Positions 20,064 through 29,310 of a DNA stretch of 64,000 nt are shown one piece after another; the first letter of the stretch is position 1; every line of letters begins with the position of its first letter. This stretch comes from Planctomycetota bacterium (lineage in GTDB: Bacteria > Planctomycetota > UBA1135 > UBA2386): contig OZ245006.1 in assembly GCA_965223545.1 (NCBI GenBank), forward strand, positions 2,048,001-2,112,000, read 5' to 3'. Under the pieces are notes generated by a model, which did not search any database, was not told the DNA's origin, and saw only the letters and a list, made by a program, of their open reading frames with translations. Both the position numbers and the translations under genes were made by a program.

Positions 20064-21407
20064 ATGCGAACCGCGTGGATCACCGCTCTTCTCCTGCTTG
20101 CCACCTCGATGCCGGCGCCCCGCGCCCAGGACCCGACCGCGCCGCCGCCGACCGGCGGGAGCACTCCGCAAGAGCCGGCGGCGGCGCCCGAGGCCGGCGA
20201 GGATCCCGCGGCGGGCGAGGACCCAGCGGCGGCGGTCGACGTCGACCCCGACGTCGACGCCACCACTCTCGCCTACTCGCTGCTGCCGCTGACCACCGAC
20301 GAACTCGTGCAGCACGCCGACGCCTGGCGCGACGCCCTGAGTGCGGCCGTCGCGCGCGTCGCCGAGCGCGAGCTCGCCACCACGCGCAGCGGCGCCGGTG
20401 ACGATGCGGAGCTGCGGCAGCGGCGCGCGGCGCGCGACGCGACCGTGCAGCGCCTGCGCACCGTGGTCACCGCGCTGGAGCAGAAGGGCGGAGACGGCAG
20501 CGCCTACCGCGCCTACATCAAGGGCGCGACCAACGTACTGCCGCTGCTCGACATCTCCGATGCCGGCAGCGTGCTGGCAATGGCGAAGAGCTGGCTGCTC
20601 TCGCCCGACGGCGGCATGCGGTGGGCGATCAACATCGGCAAGGTGCTGCTCATTCTGGCCGTGTTCAAGCTGCTCGCCGCGGCCGCCGCGCGCCTGCTGC
20701 GCCGCGGTCTCGGGCGGTTCGGCAACACCTCGCAGCTGCTGCGCGACTTCTTCGTCAACACCGCGCGGCGGCTGATCTTGTTCCTCGGCGCCGTCCTGGC
20801 GCTGTCGACGCTGGGCGTGGACATCGGCCCGTTCCTCGCGGCGATCGGTGCCGCCGGCTTCGTCATCGGCTTCGCCCTGCAGGGGACGCTGTCGAACTTC
20901 GCCAGCGGCATCATGATCCTGCTGTACCGGCCCTACGATCTCGGCCACTTCGTCACCGTCGCCGGAGTGTCGGGGACCGTGCGGGAGATGTCGCTGGTGT
21001 CGACCACGATCACAACGGGCGACAACCAGCGGGTCGTGGTCCCCAACAGCTCCATCTGGGGTGACGTCATCACCAATGTCACCGGCAGCGAGACGCGCCG
21101 CGTCGACCTCATGTTCGGGGTGGGCTACGACGACGATCTCGGCGTGGCGCAGGCGACGCTGGAGCGCGTCCTCGCCGACCACCCGCTGGTGCTGGACGAG
21201 CCTGAGCCGACGATCAAGGTGCACGAGCTGGCGGACTCCAGCGTCAATTTCGTGGTCCGGCCGTGGGTCGAGAGCGGCGATTACTGGACCGTCTACTGGG
21301 ATCTCACGCGCACGGTCAAGGAGCGCTTCGACGCCGAGGGGATCAGCATTCCCTACCCGCAGCGCGACATCCACGTGCACCAGACGGCGGTCCCGGCCAA
21401 CGCCTGA
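20064..21407 (+). CDS. mscS: small-conductance mechanosensitive channel with N-terminal periplasmic extension
   Basis: GFALQGTLSNFASGIMIL, VVPNSSIWG, ELADSSVNF and GISIPYPQRDIH. Confidence 0.92.
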   Translation: MRTAWITALLLLATSMPAPRAQDPTAPPPTGGSTPQEPAAAPEAGEDPAAGEDPAAAVDVDPDVDATTLAYSLLPLTTDELVQHADAWRDALSAAVARVAERELATTRSGAGDDAELRQRRAARDATVQRLRTVVTALEQKGGDGSAYRAYIKGATNVLPLLDISDAGSVLAMAKSWLLSPDGGMRWAINIGKVLLILAVFKLLAAAAARLLRRGLGRFGNTSQLLRDFFVNTARRLILFLGAVLALSTLGVDIGPFLAAIGAAGFVIGFALQGTLSNFASGIMILLYRPYDLGHFVTVAGVSGTVREMSLVSTTITTGDNQRVVVPNSSIWGDVITNVTGSETRRVDLMFGVGYDDDLGVAQATLERVLADHPLVLDEPEPTIKVHELADSSVNFVVRPWVESGDYWTVYWDLTRTVKERFDAEGISIPYPQRDIHVHQTAVPANA

Positions 21408-21483
21408 CCTCCAGCCGGTGGGCGGTGGGCGCGGTCGCCTCTTTCCCCGCCCGGGCTCTGGCCGCACGATGGGGGGTCGCACC

Positions 21484-23574
21484 ATGACCGAGCTCGACAA
21501 TCAGCCCCCCCCGGCGGCGGACCCCACCGCCGACTCCGCGACCACCGACCCGGGTACTTCGACCGCGGCGCGCGCGCTCGCCGCCGCCGGGGACGCCCAG
21601 TCGGCGCAGGACGTCGGCGCCCTCGACGACGCCGCGCTGGCGGCGCAACGCAAGCTCGGCCGCAGCACGACCGGCTTGGTCGAGCGCTTGATCTACGGTC
21701 CCGTACCAACCACCGACGAGCTCGCCTCGGGGACGCGCATCGCGACGGCGCCGAGCGCGGCAGTGGACACGCTGGTCGACACCGCGATCGATTGTCTGCG
21801 GCGCGGTGAGGCGTTCACCGCCGACGGCCGGCTGTCGGCCGCGCTGCGGCGCGAAGTCGCCGGCGCGGGCGGCTACGGCTTCACCGTCCCGGCCGAGTTC
21901 GGCGGCAAAGGCGCCGGCTACGGCGACTTGGCGCTGGCCGAAGAACGACTGGCCGCCAACGGACTCGGCGCGCTCGCGGTCGAGATCTCGGGCGAGCTCA
22001 CCATTGGCGCGGGATCGCTGCTGGGCTACGGCACCGAAGCGCAGCGCAAGACGTTCTTGCCGCTGATCGCCGAGGGCCAGATGATGGCGTTCGGTCTGAC
22101 CGAGGTCGGCGTCGGCGTCAACGCGAAGAAGGTGCGCGCCTACGTCGAGCGCGACGAGGACGCCGGTTGTTGGCGGTTGTACGCCCACGGCAACCGCAAC
22201 AAGCTGTGGATCACCAACGCGACGCATGGCGGCCTCGTCGGGCTGGTCGCTCGCATCGGCGAGAACGGCAAGAAGGTCGGCCTTTTCGTGCTGCGGCTAC
22301 CGGACCAGGACCTCGACGGCGACGGCGACCAGCCCGCGTTCTGGTGCCGGCCGTCGGGCGTCGACGCGTTCGGCGCGAACTACAACTCGCGGCTGCACTT
22401 CTACGGCTACCCGATCCCGTTCGACCAGCAGATCCAAGCGGATGGCGTCGAGGTGCTGTTCTACTGCCTGCGCATGGGACGCTGCATGCTGGCGGCCATG
22501 TCGGCCGGCTACCAGCGCATGTTCGCCGCCGACGCCGCCGACTACGCCCGGCAGCGCGACGGCGTCGGCGGGCGCGTGATCAAGCACGAGCTGCCGCGCC
22601 TCAACTTGGCGCGGATGCTGGGCGGCGCCCTGCAGGCGCGCGCGCTGTCGCACCTGTCGCTGCAGCAGGACGCCGATGGCGTCGACCTGGCCGGTCTTCG
22701 CGATCTGACCAAGTCCGCCGCCGCGGGTACCGCGCTCGAGTCGCTGATCGCGTGCGAGCGGGTGCTGGGCGGGCGTAGCTTCGACGCCAGCTCGCGGGTC
22801 AACGACGCGCGCGCCAACATGCACGTGTTCGGCGTCGTCGAAGGCGAGGACGACCTGATCCTGATGGGCATGGTGAAGGACGTCACCGGCAGCTTCACCG
22901 ACCGCTACATGGCCGGCATGCTCGGCGTGCTGCAGTCGCTCAACGTCGACAAGAGCGGCGCGCCACTGCCGCGCGAACGACGGCTGCTGCGGATCACGCC
23001 CGCAACCCTGCTGCGCGAGCCCGGTCGCTGCATGACCGCCACCGCGCGGCTGCTCGGCAAGGGCAGCTTCTGGGGACTGGTCGGTTGGACCGCGACGAAC
23101 GCCATGGCCGACCTGTTGCGCGCACCGCTGCGCTTGCTGCCCGCCGCCTGGCTGCCGCGCTACCGCGGCCTGCCGGCGGCGCTGCGCGGCCACGCCCGCT
23201 ACGCCGAGCGCCAGCTGCGCGCGCGGCGGTGGACCTACTTCGGCATCAACCTGTTCTTCCAGCTGGAGCTGACGCGCGCGCAGATTCCGCTGCAACGCTT
23301 CGGCAAGTCGATCGAGCACCTGGTGTCGATGCTGGTGCTGTGCCACCACGCGGCGGGCGCGCCGGCCAGCGTGCAGCGCCTCGCCGCGCTGCAGTGCGGA
23401 ATGCTCAAGGACAAGGTCCGCGGGATCCGCGTGCTGGGCGGTCTCGGCGAGATGCAGAGTACGCGCGGCTTGCTCGACGCCTTCGGCAAGGACGTCGAAG
23501 GTGGCGACGAGGCGCTGTGCGGCGGGACGCAACCGCAGCCCTGCGCGCATCCGTTCGAAGACGACGCGAGTTGA
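21484..23574 (+). CDS. long acyl-CoA dehydrogenase family protein
   Basis: AFGLTEVGVG, KLWITNA, VLGGRSF and GVVEGEDDL; extended C-terminal region. Confidence 0.88.
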   Translation: MTELDNQPPPAADPTADSATTDPGTSTAARALAAAGDAQSAQDVGALDDAALAAQRKLGRSTTGLVERLIYGPVPTTDELASGTRIATAPSAAVDTLVDTAIDCLRRGEAFTADGRLSAALRREVAGAGGYGFTVPAEFGGKGAGYGDLALAEERLAANGLGALAVEISGELTIGAGSLLGYGTEAQRKTFLPLIAEGQMMAFGLTEVGVGVNAKKVRAYVERDEDAGCWRLYAHGNRNKLWITNATHGGLVGLVARIGENGKKVGLFVLRLPDQDLDGDGDQPAFWCRPSGVDAFGANYNSRLHFYGYPIPFDQQIQADGVEVLFYCLRMGRCMLAAMSAGYQRMFAADAADYARQRDGVGGRVIKHELPRLNLARMLGGALQARALSHLSLQQDADGVDLAGLRDLTKSAAAGTALESLIACERVLGGRSFDASSRVNDARANMHVFGVVEGEDDLILMGMVKDVTGSFTDRYMAGMLGVLQSLNVDKSGAPLPRERRLLRITPATLLREPGRCMTATARLLGKGSFWGLVGWTATNAMADLLRAPLRLLPAAWLPRYRGLPAALRGHARYAERQLRARRWTYFGINLFFQLELTRAQIPLQRFGKSIEHLVSMLVLCHHAAGAPASVQRLAALQCGMLKDKVRGIRVLGGLGEMQSTRGLLDAFGKDVEGGDEALCGGTQPQPCAHPFEDDAS

Positions 23575-23762
23575 GACCCCGCGCATCCGGTTCACCGCAT
23601 CCGCTTTCGGGCGCGGGGCCTGCGCGCGTGGATGCCCTGCAGAGAAATGCGCGCGGCCTCCGGGTCCACCCGGATGGAACCGGGCGCCGCGCGTTCATAC
23701 GGTTCTGCAATCGGCGCTCCGCGCTGTCTCGTCTCCCTGTCTGCCACAAGGACACTCAACCG

Positions 23763-24191
23763 ATGAAAGCACTCCTCGCCCCCGCCCTCCTGCTCGCCGG
23801 CCTCCTCGCCGCACCCACCACGGCTCAGAGCTGCTCCGACCTGACCATCTCTGGCTCGGGCGCCCCCGGCGGCACCCTGACGTTCGATCTGACCGGTGCC
23901 GATGCCAACGCGCTGGCGCTGATGGCGGTCGGCGACACCACCGGCTCCACCACCGTCTCCAACCCGCTGTTGACGGTGACCATCGGCCTGGCCTCGCCGT
24001 TCGGCATCGTGCCGCTGGGCATGACCGACGGCAACGGCGACGCGAGCCTGAGCGTCACCATGCCGACCGCGCCGATTCCGCTGACCACCCTGCACGCGCA
24101 GGCGATGACCGTCGCCTTCTCGTTCGGCAGCGGTCGTCCGAGCCTGGACGCCTGCACCTCCGACGTCGAGCAGTTCCAAATCGGCAGCTGA
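23763..24191 (+). CDS. small secreted protein consisting only of the shared C-terminal domain
   Basis: Signal peptide MKALLAPALLLAGLLAAPTTA|Q; TDGNGDASLSVTMP...LHAQA...TSDVEQFQIG; AAGGA RBS. Confidence 0.85.
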   Translation: MKALLAPALLLAGLLAAPTTAQSCSDLTISGSGAPGGTLTFDLTGADANALALMAVGDTTGSTTVSNPLLTVTIGLASPFGIVPLGMTDGNGDASLSVTMPTAPIPLTTLHAQAMTVAFSFGSGRPSLDACTSDVEQFQIGS

Positions 24192-24249
24192 ACGATCCAC
24201 CGGCGACACAGCCGGTTATGATCCGCGGGTCTCGACCCGAGTCTCTCCG

Positions 24250-24903
24250 ATTTCCGACCCAGGCCCGCATTCGCCCATCCCGACCCGCCAGCAGGTCATC
24301 GATGCCCTGCTGGCGACCGCCGCGCACCTCGAGCGCCGCGGTCTGAGTCCCGCGGGTGCAGCGAGCCTGAGCGCGCGGGTCGAGGAAGATCCGCCGCGCT
24401 GGGTGTTTTGCCGCGCCACGGCCGGGCCAACCCCGCCGACCACCGACGACCTGGTCGAGATCGGCCCCGACGGCGCCAGCACCCTGGGCCCCCCCCTACC
24501 GAAGCAAGCGGTCGTGCACGCCCGGCTCGCCGAGCTGACCGGTTCTGCCGCGGTGATCCACGTCACCAGCGTGTCCTGCATCGTCCTCGCCAGCAGACAG
24601 CGCCCCAAGGGTGGCGTCACCGCCACCGGGCTGGAGATCCTGCGCGGCTTGCGCGGCATCGACAGCGCCCGGGCCGAGGTCTTCGTGCCCATCGTGCCCT
24701 TGGCGGACAACCCGACGAATCTGGCGACCGCGATCGTCGAGATGCTGGCCGAGTGGCCGAGCGCCGATGGTCTGCTGGTCGACGGCGGCGGCCTCTACAC
24801 CTGGGGCGCGAGCATCGCCGAAGCGGCACGCCGCACCGAGATCCTCGAGTTCGTCTTCGAGTGCATGGCGCGGCAGCATCCCGCCGGCGCGCACGCGCCG
24901 TAG
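24250..24903 (+). CDS. class II aldolase/MtnB-like protein with degenerate metal site; start uncertain
   Basis: LERRGLSPAGAASLSARV, AVIHVTS and GLYTWGASIAEAARRTEILEFVFE; homology extends upstream of the first GTG (24403), where only ATT/ATC/CTG codons are in frame. Confidence 0.7.
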   Translation: MSDPGPHSPIPTRQQVIDALLATAAHLERRGLSPAGAASLSARVEEDPPRWVFCRATAGPTPPTTDDLVEIGPDGASTLGPPLPKQAVVHARLAELTGSAAVIHVTSVSCIVLASRQRPKGGVTATGLEILRGLRGIDSARAEVFVPIVPLADNPTNLATAIVEMLAEWPSADGLLVDGGGLYTWGASIAEAARRTEILEFVFECMARQHPAGAHAP

Positions 24904-24921
24904 ACGGGCGGTCGCCGGGGA

Positions 24922-25914
24922 TCAGCGACCAGCCGGTCGGTACTCTGCCAGCGCCGCTGCGAGCAGCCAACCACTCCGCTCGCCGCGCAGCGCACGGACC
25001 TCGAACCACCCCGAGTCCTCGCGCACCGCCTGCACCAGCGCGCCGGCCGCCAGCGCCGGCCCCGCGGCCTCGCCGCCGCGCGTGTCGGCGAGCCGAGCCG
25101 CGGCCTGCACCACGCGCCAACCACCCAGGCGCGGCGGCGCCGCGTTGAGCTGCCACGAGTACTCGACGTAGCGCACGGAGTAGCGCGCCAGCTCGGGACG
25201 CCCCGCCACCCCCGCGACGTAGGCGGCGACGCCGTCGGGACCGCCGAAGTCCTCGGCGTACCACTCGAAGATCTTCGACAAGCGCAGCACGCGCGCGTCG
25301 TCGTCGATCTGATTGCGCCACCCGCCGGTGACGAAGCTGCGCATCTTGGCGGCCAGCACGGTCGCCAGGTCATCGCCGCGGTAGGCCCGCGGCAGCAGCG
25401 GCGGGCACGAGCGTGCACCGCAGACCAAGGCGACGTGGATGCGCGGCTCGTCGAACCGTTTGCGGATGATCTCGTGCTCGAGATGGTTGAGGGAGACGCG
25501 CTCGCCAGCCAAGCGCACGAGCGGGGCGTCGAACACCGCGAAGTCGTCGTCGGCCGGCGAGTACGTCGCCGACAGCCGCTCGACCACCGCCTCGATCATC
25601 GTCGCGTTGTAGAGGTTGATGTAGAACGCGAGCCGCGCGTCGGCGTCGAGGCCGGCCGGCTCGACGGCTGCCATCGACTGCAAGGACTGCGCCAGCGCTT
25701 GGCGGTGCTCGGTCGCGACCGCGACGTAGTCGACGCGCTCGTCGCGGACCACCGCCGCGAGCAGGCGATCGAATCCCGCGTGCGGGTCGTCCGACTCCGG
25801 AGTCGGCACTGGCTGCGAGGTGGGCTGCGCGGCACATGCGTGCACCGAGATCACGGCGGGGGCCGTGGCGAGGACCGCGAGAGCAGTGACGCGAGAGAGG
25901 CGTAGGTCGAGCAA
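24922..25914 (-). CDS. DUF547 domain protein with C-terminal SH3-like domain, secreted
   Basis: LAFYINLYNA, SLNHLEHEII, EPRIHVALVCGARSCPPL and LSKIFEWY; ends GWFEVRALRGERSGWL. Confidence 0.9.
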   Translation of the reverse strand: MLDLRLSRVTALAVLATAPAVISVHACAAQPTSQPVPTPESDDPHAGFDRLLAAVVRDERVDYVAVATEHRQALAQSLQSMAAVEPAGLDADARLAFYINLYNATMIEAVVERLSATYSPADDDFAVFDAPLVRLAGERVSLNHLEHEIIRKRFDEPRIHVALVCGARSCPPLLPRAYRGDDLATVLAAKMRSFVTGGWRNQIDDDARVLRLSKIFEWYAEDFGGPDGVAAYVAGVAGRPELARYSVRYVEYSWQLNAAPPRLGGWRVVQAAARLADTRGGEAAGPALAAGALVQAVREDSGWFEVRALRGERSGWLLAAALAEYRPAGR

Positions 25915-26044
25915 GGCCAGCTCCTATTCGGGGCAACGGTGGATGGCAGCAATACGACGCCGCGGCCTCGGCGTGACCGAGAGCCGCGACAAATCGTCAA
26001 GCTGCACTCAAGTGTCCTACCGTACCAGAGCGATAGAACGGTTC

Positions 26045-26473
26045 GTGGACGGCTTTTGGGTCAACCCCAGCTCGCACGTACCGCCATCGGTGCAGATCGT
26101 CGAGGCGATCCTCGACGCACTGGCGGCCAACCGGTTCGCTGCGGGCGCGAAGCTGCCCAGCGTGCGGGCGCTCGCGGTGCAGGTGCTGGTCAACCCGAAC
26201 ACCGTCAGCAAGGCCTACGCCGAGCTCGAGCGGCTGGGCGTCGTGGCGGGGCGCAACGGCTCGGGGGTGTACGTCACCGATGGCGGGCCGGAAACGGCAC
26301 ACGCCCTGCGCCACGCCGCGACCTTGGCGACGTTCGTCGACGCGGCCCGGGCCGCGCGGCGCGCGGGTCACGAAGCGGGCGCCTTGGCAGTGGCACTGGA
26401 GGAGGTGGCACTGGAGGAGTTGGGGGAACAGAGCGCGGTAAGCGCGGGGGACAGAGATGAAGCATCGAAGTGA
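26045..26473 (+). CDS. GntR-family (YtrA-like) transcriptional regulator
   Basis: KLPSVRALAVQVLVNPNTVSKAYAELER; short C-terminal domain; lies upstream of an ABC ATPase. Confidence 0.92.
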   Translation: MDGFWVNPSSHVPPSVQIVEAILDALAANRFAAGAKLPSVRALAVQVLVNPNTVSKAYAELERLGVVAGRNGSGVYVTDGGPETAHALRHAATLATFVDAARAARRAGHEAGALAVALEEVALEELGEQSAVSAGDRDEASK

Positions 26474-27233
26474 CGGCGCGCTGTGCGCCGATCGGGTGGT
26501 CATGCGCTTCGGCCGCACGGTCGCCCTGGACGGACTCGACCTGCAGGTCGAGCCCGGCAAGGTGACCGTGCTGCTCGGGCCGAACGGCGCCGGCAAGAGC
26601 ACCCTGATGCGACTGGCGATCGGCGTCCTGCGGCCACGGTCCGGGACGCTGTCGGTCCTGGGCCGGGATCCGGTCCGCGAGCCCGACGCCGTGCGCCGCC
26701 GCGTGGGCTACGTGCCGGATCGGCCGGACGCGCCGGCCTGGATGCGGCTGAACGAGCTGCTGCGGTTTGCGGCCGCGCACTGGCCTGGCGTCGACCTCGA
26801 CACGGCGCGCGCGCTCGCCGATCGCCTGGCGGTGCCGGTCGACACGAGGCTGGGCGCGATGTCGAAGGGCCAAGCGATGAAGACGATGCTCGTGCTCGCC
26901 CTGGCGCACGATCCCGAGCTCCTGATGCTCGACGAGCCGTTCGGCGGCCTCGACCCGCTGGTGCGCGAGGACGTGCTGCGCGGCGTCCTCGGCGCGCTGC
27001 GCGACGACCGGCGCACGGTGTTGTGCGCCACGCACGAGCTCGACGTCGCGGCGCGCATCGCCGACCGCGTCGCGGTGGTGACTGCTGGCGTGCTGCGGGC
27101 GCACGGCACCGTCGACGAAGTGCTCGGCGACGGCGCGGCGGAGGTCGCCGACGTGCCGCGTCGGCTGCACGAGGCCCTCGAGCGCGCGACCGGACGGCGC
27201 ATCGGGACGATCGCGGGAGCGGCGACATGCTGA
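26457..27233 (+). CDS. ABC transporter ATP-binding protein (YtrB-like)
   Basis: GPNGAGKST, MSKGQ and LMLDEPFGGLD. Confidence 0.95.
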   Translation: MKHRSDGALCADRVVMRFGRTVALDGLDLQVEPGKVTVLLGPNGAGKSTLMRLAIGVLRPRSGTLSVLGRDPVREPDAVRRRVGYVPDRPDAPAWMRLNELLRFAAAHWPGVDLDTARALADRLAVPVDTRLGAMSKGQAMKTMLVLALAHDPELLMLDEPFGGLDPLVREDVLRGVLGALRDDRRTVLCATHELDVAARIADRVAVVTAGVLRAHGTVDEVLGDGAAEVADVPRRLHEALERATGRRIGTIAGAATC

Positions 27234-29215
27234 CGATCAGCGCGCATCTCGGCAAAGAATGGCGCGAGCAGCGTCTGGTGTTGGGCAGCGCCGCACTCGT
27301 GTTGCTGGCGCTCGCGCTCGCCGTCGGCTGGAGCGTGCCGGGGCGACTGATCCCCGCCGAGGTCGAGGTCTGGTTCACCATCGTCGCCGTCGCGGCGGGC
27401 CTGGTGATCCTCGCGGGTGACCTCGTGCCGGGCGAGGCCCGGCGCGGGCAGCTCGCCTTTCTGATCCGGGCGCCGGGCGCGTTGCGCGCCGCCTTCGTCG
27501 CCAAGGGCGTGGTGCTGTGCGCAGGGCTGATCGGTCTGTGGCTCGTCGGCTGGGCCTCGGGCGCACTGTGCTCGTCGCTGGCCGGCGAGGTCGGCGAGCG
27601 CACCGCGCGCTGGGGAGGACCCGGCGTCGTCACGACCGCAATCGCCGGCATCGCGTGCGGCGTCGCGGTGGCGGCGCCGTGGGGGTTCGCGGTGTCGTGC
27701 TGGCTGCCCCGCGGCGCCAGCGTCGTGCCGGCGACGGCGCTGGTCTTGCTCGTCGTCTGCGCACCGCCGGTGGTCGTCGCCGTTTCCTATCGGCCACCTC
27801 TAAGCGACGCGACGATCGCACTGAGCATCGTGCTGCTGTTCGCCGGCGGCATCGTTGCGGCGTGGACCTCGTTCGTGCGGGGATTGCGCTGTGGCCGGCG
27901 GCGCGACGCTTTCGCGCGCGGGGCACTGGCGTCGCTGGTGTTCGTCGTGCCCACCGTTGGCTGGTCGTTCGAACGCGCGTGGTCGTGGCACCACGTCGAC
28001 CTGGACAACCCCGAGGTCGTGATCAGCGGCGGACTGATCGGCGACGGCGGGCTGGTCTTCTTGAACGCCAACCGCTGCTGGTCCAGGAGCGGGCCCATCT
28101 ACGGGGTGGCGTGCGAGCCCGAGTCGGGTCGCTGGTGGCAAATCGGGCCACCGCAGGGATGGTTCCGAGAGTGGACCGGTGCGTCGGGCTCCTCCGCGCA
28201 GGTCTCCCGATTGCTGCCGCAGCGCTGGCTCGGGCGCGCGCAGCTGAACAAGTCCGGCTACACGGTCCGGACCGCCAACGCGGTCGACGGAACCACCGGC
28301 GCAGTCCTGGCACTCCCCGAAACCGCCCGGCACCTGACCGGCGTGACGAAACCACTGCAGGCCGCTGCCGCGACGCTGCCCATCGAGGGACGTCGCACAT
28401 TCGCGCGCAATGCCACACCGTTCGTGCTGCCAGATGGAACGCGGGCCTGGTTCGAGGGCCGGACAACGGTGATCGAGAGTCCGGCGGGCACGCGCGAGCA
28501 GTTCGCTTGGCCGGACGGCTGCTGGCCGTCGAGCTCGACGAACGGCTTCGGCTTTCGCTGGGGGCGCGGCGGCAGCTTGACGAACCGGTTCTTCGATCTC
28601 GCCCGGCGGCGCGACGTGCAGCCGCCCCCGGCAAAGAGATGGAACGGATGGCCCCTGGCGCGCCCCGGCAGCTGGGTGGTGACCGACGATCCCAAGACGC
28701 CCGGAGCAATCCGCGGCCCCTACCTCTTCGACCCGGACACCGGCGCACAGCGCGCGCTGCCGGTCGACACCGAGGCCGACTTCGTCATGCTGTGCGGCGA
28801 CGGGCGCCTGATCCTGCGACGAGAGGCTTCGCCGAGCGGCTACGCCCTCTTCGACCCCGAAGCAAACGAGCAGATCGCACTCACCCTCGACGGTCCAGCC
28901 GTCGAGGAGTGCCAACTCCGATACGTCTTGCCGTCGGGCGTCAAGCGCGCGGCCCGCACGCCGTCCGGTTACGACGTGTGCCTGGCCATCAAGGGCGAGC
29001 CACAGAGCAGACTGTCGTCCGTCGGCAGGCGCGACGGAAACTCGCTGTCACTCTGCCCTTGGGTGAAACAGCTGGAGCTCGTCGGGTTCCCCGACGACGA
29101 TCACGTGCTGGTGATTGTCGACGGGCGGACCCTCGAGCGGTGGACGTTCGGCAGCGCCGCGCGGGAGGTGTTGTTGCGGGCCGGGGGAGGCGGGGCGACT
29201 CGCCACAGTCCGTAA
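27227..29215 (+). CDS. ABC-2-type permease fused to a large C-terminal soluble domain
   Basis: KEWREQ start, about 7 TM segments, GEARRGQLAFL...P motif; ATG 27227 overlaps the ATPase stop. Confidence 0.8.
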   Translation: MLTISAHLGKEWREQRLVLGSAALVLLALALAVGWSVPGRLIPAEVEVWFTIVAVAAGLVILAGDLVPGEARRGQLAFLIRAPGALRAAFVAKGVVLCAGLIGLWLVGWASGALCSSLAGEVGERTARWGGPGVVTTAIAGIACGVAVAAPWGFAVSCWLPRGASVVPATALVLLVVCAPPVVVAVSYRPPLSDATIALSIVLLFAGGIVAAWTSFVRGLRCGRRRDAFARGALASLVFVVPTVGWSFERAWSWHHVDLDNPEVVISGGLIGDGGLVFLNANRCWSRSGPIYGVACEPESGRWWQIGPPQGWFREWTGASGSSAQVSRLLPQRWLGRAQLNKSGYTVRTANAVDGTTGAVLALPETARHLTGVTKPLQAAAATLPIEGRRTFARNATPFVLPDGTRAWFEGRTTVIESPAGTREQFAWPDGCWPSSSTNGFGFRWGRGGSLTNRFFDLARRRDVQPPPAKRWNGWPLARPGSWVVTDDPKTPGAIRGPYLFDPDTGAQRALPVDTEADFVMLCGDGRLILRREASPSGYALFDPEANEQIALTLDGPAVEECQLRYVLPSGVKRAARTPSGYDVCLAIKGEPQSRLSSVGRRDGNSLSLCPWVKQLELVGFPDDDHVLVIVDGRTLERWTFGSAAREVLLRAGGGGATRHSP

Positions 29216-29230
29216 GAGCGATCGAGCCGC

Positions 29231-29236
29231 TATAAT
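29231..29236 (+). promoter_or_regulatory. candidate -10 box of the SBBP-repeat gene
   Basis: Perfect TATAAT in a short intergenic gap of GC-rich DNA; no clear -35. Confidence 0.4.
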
Positions 29237-29310
29237 GCGCAGGCCGTGTGCCCGCCGCGTGCCCCCCGGTCTTGTCGCGCACGGTCGGCGTCATTGAGAG
29301 GAGCTCCGTC

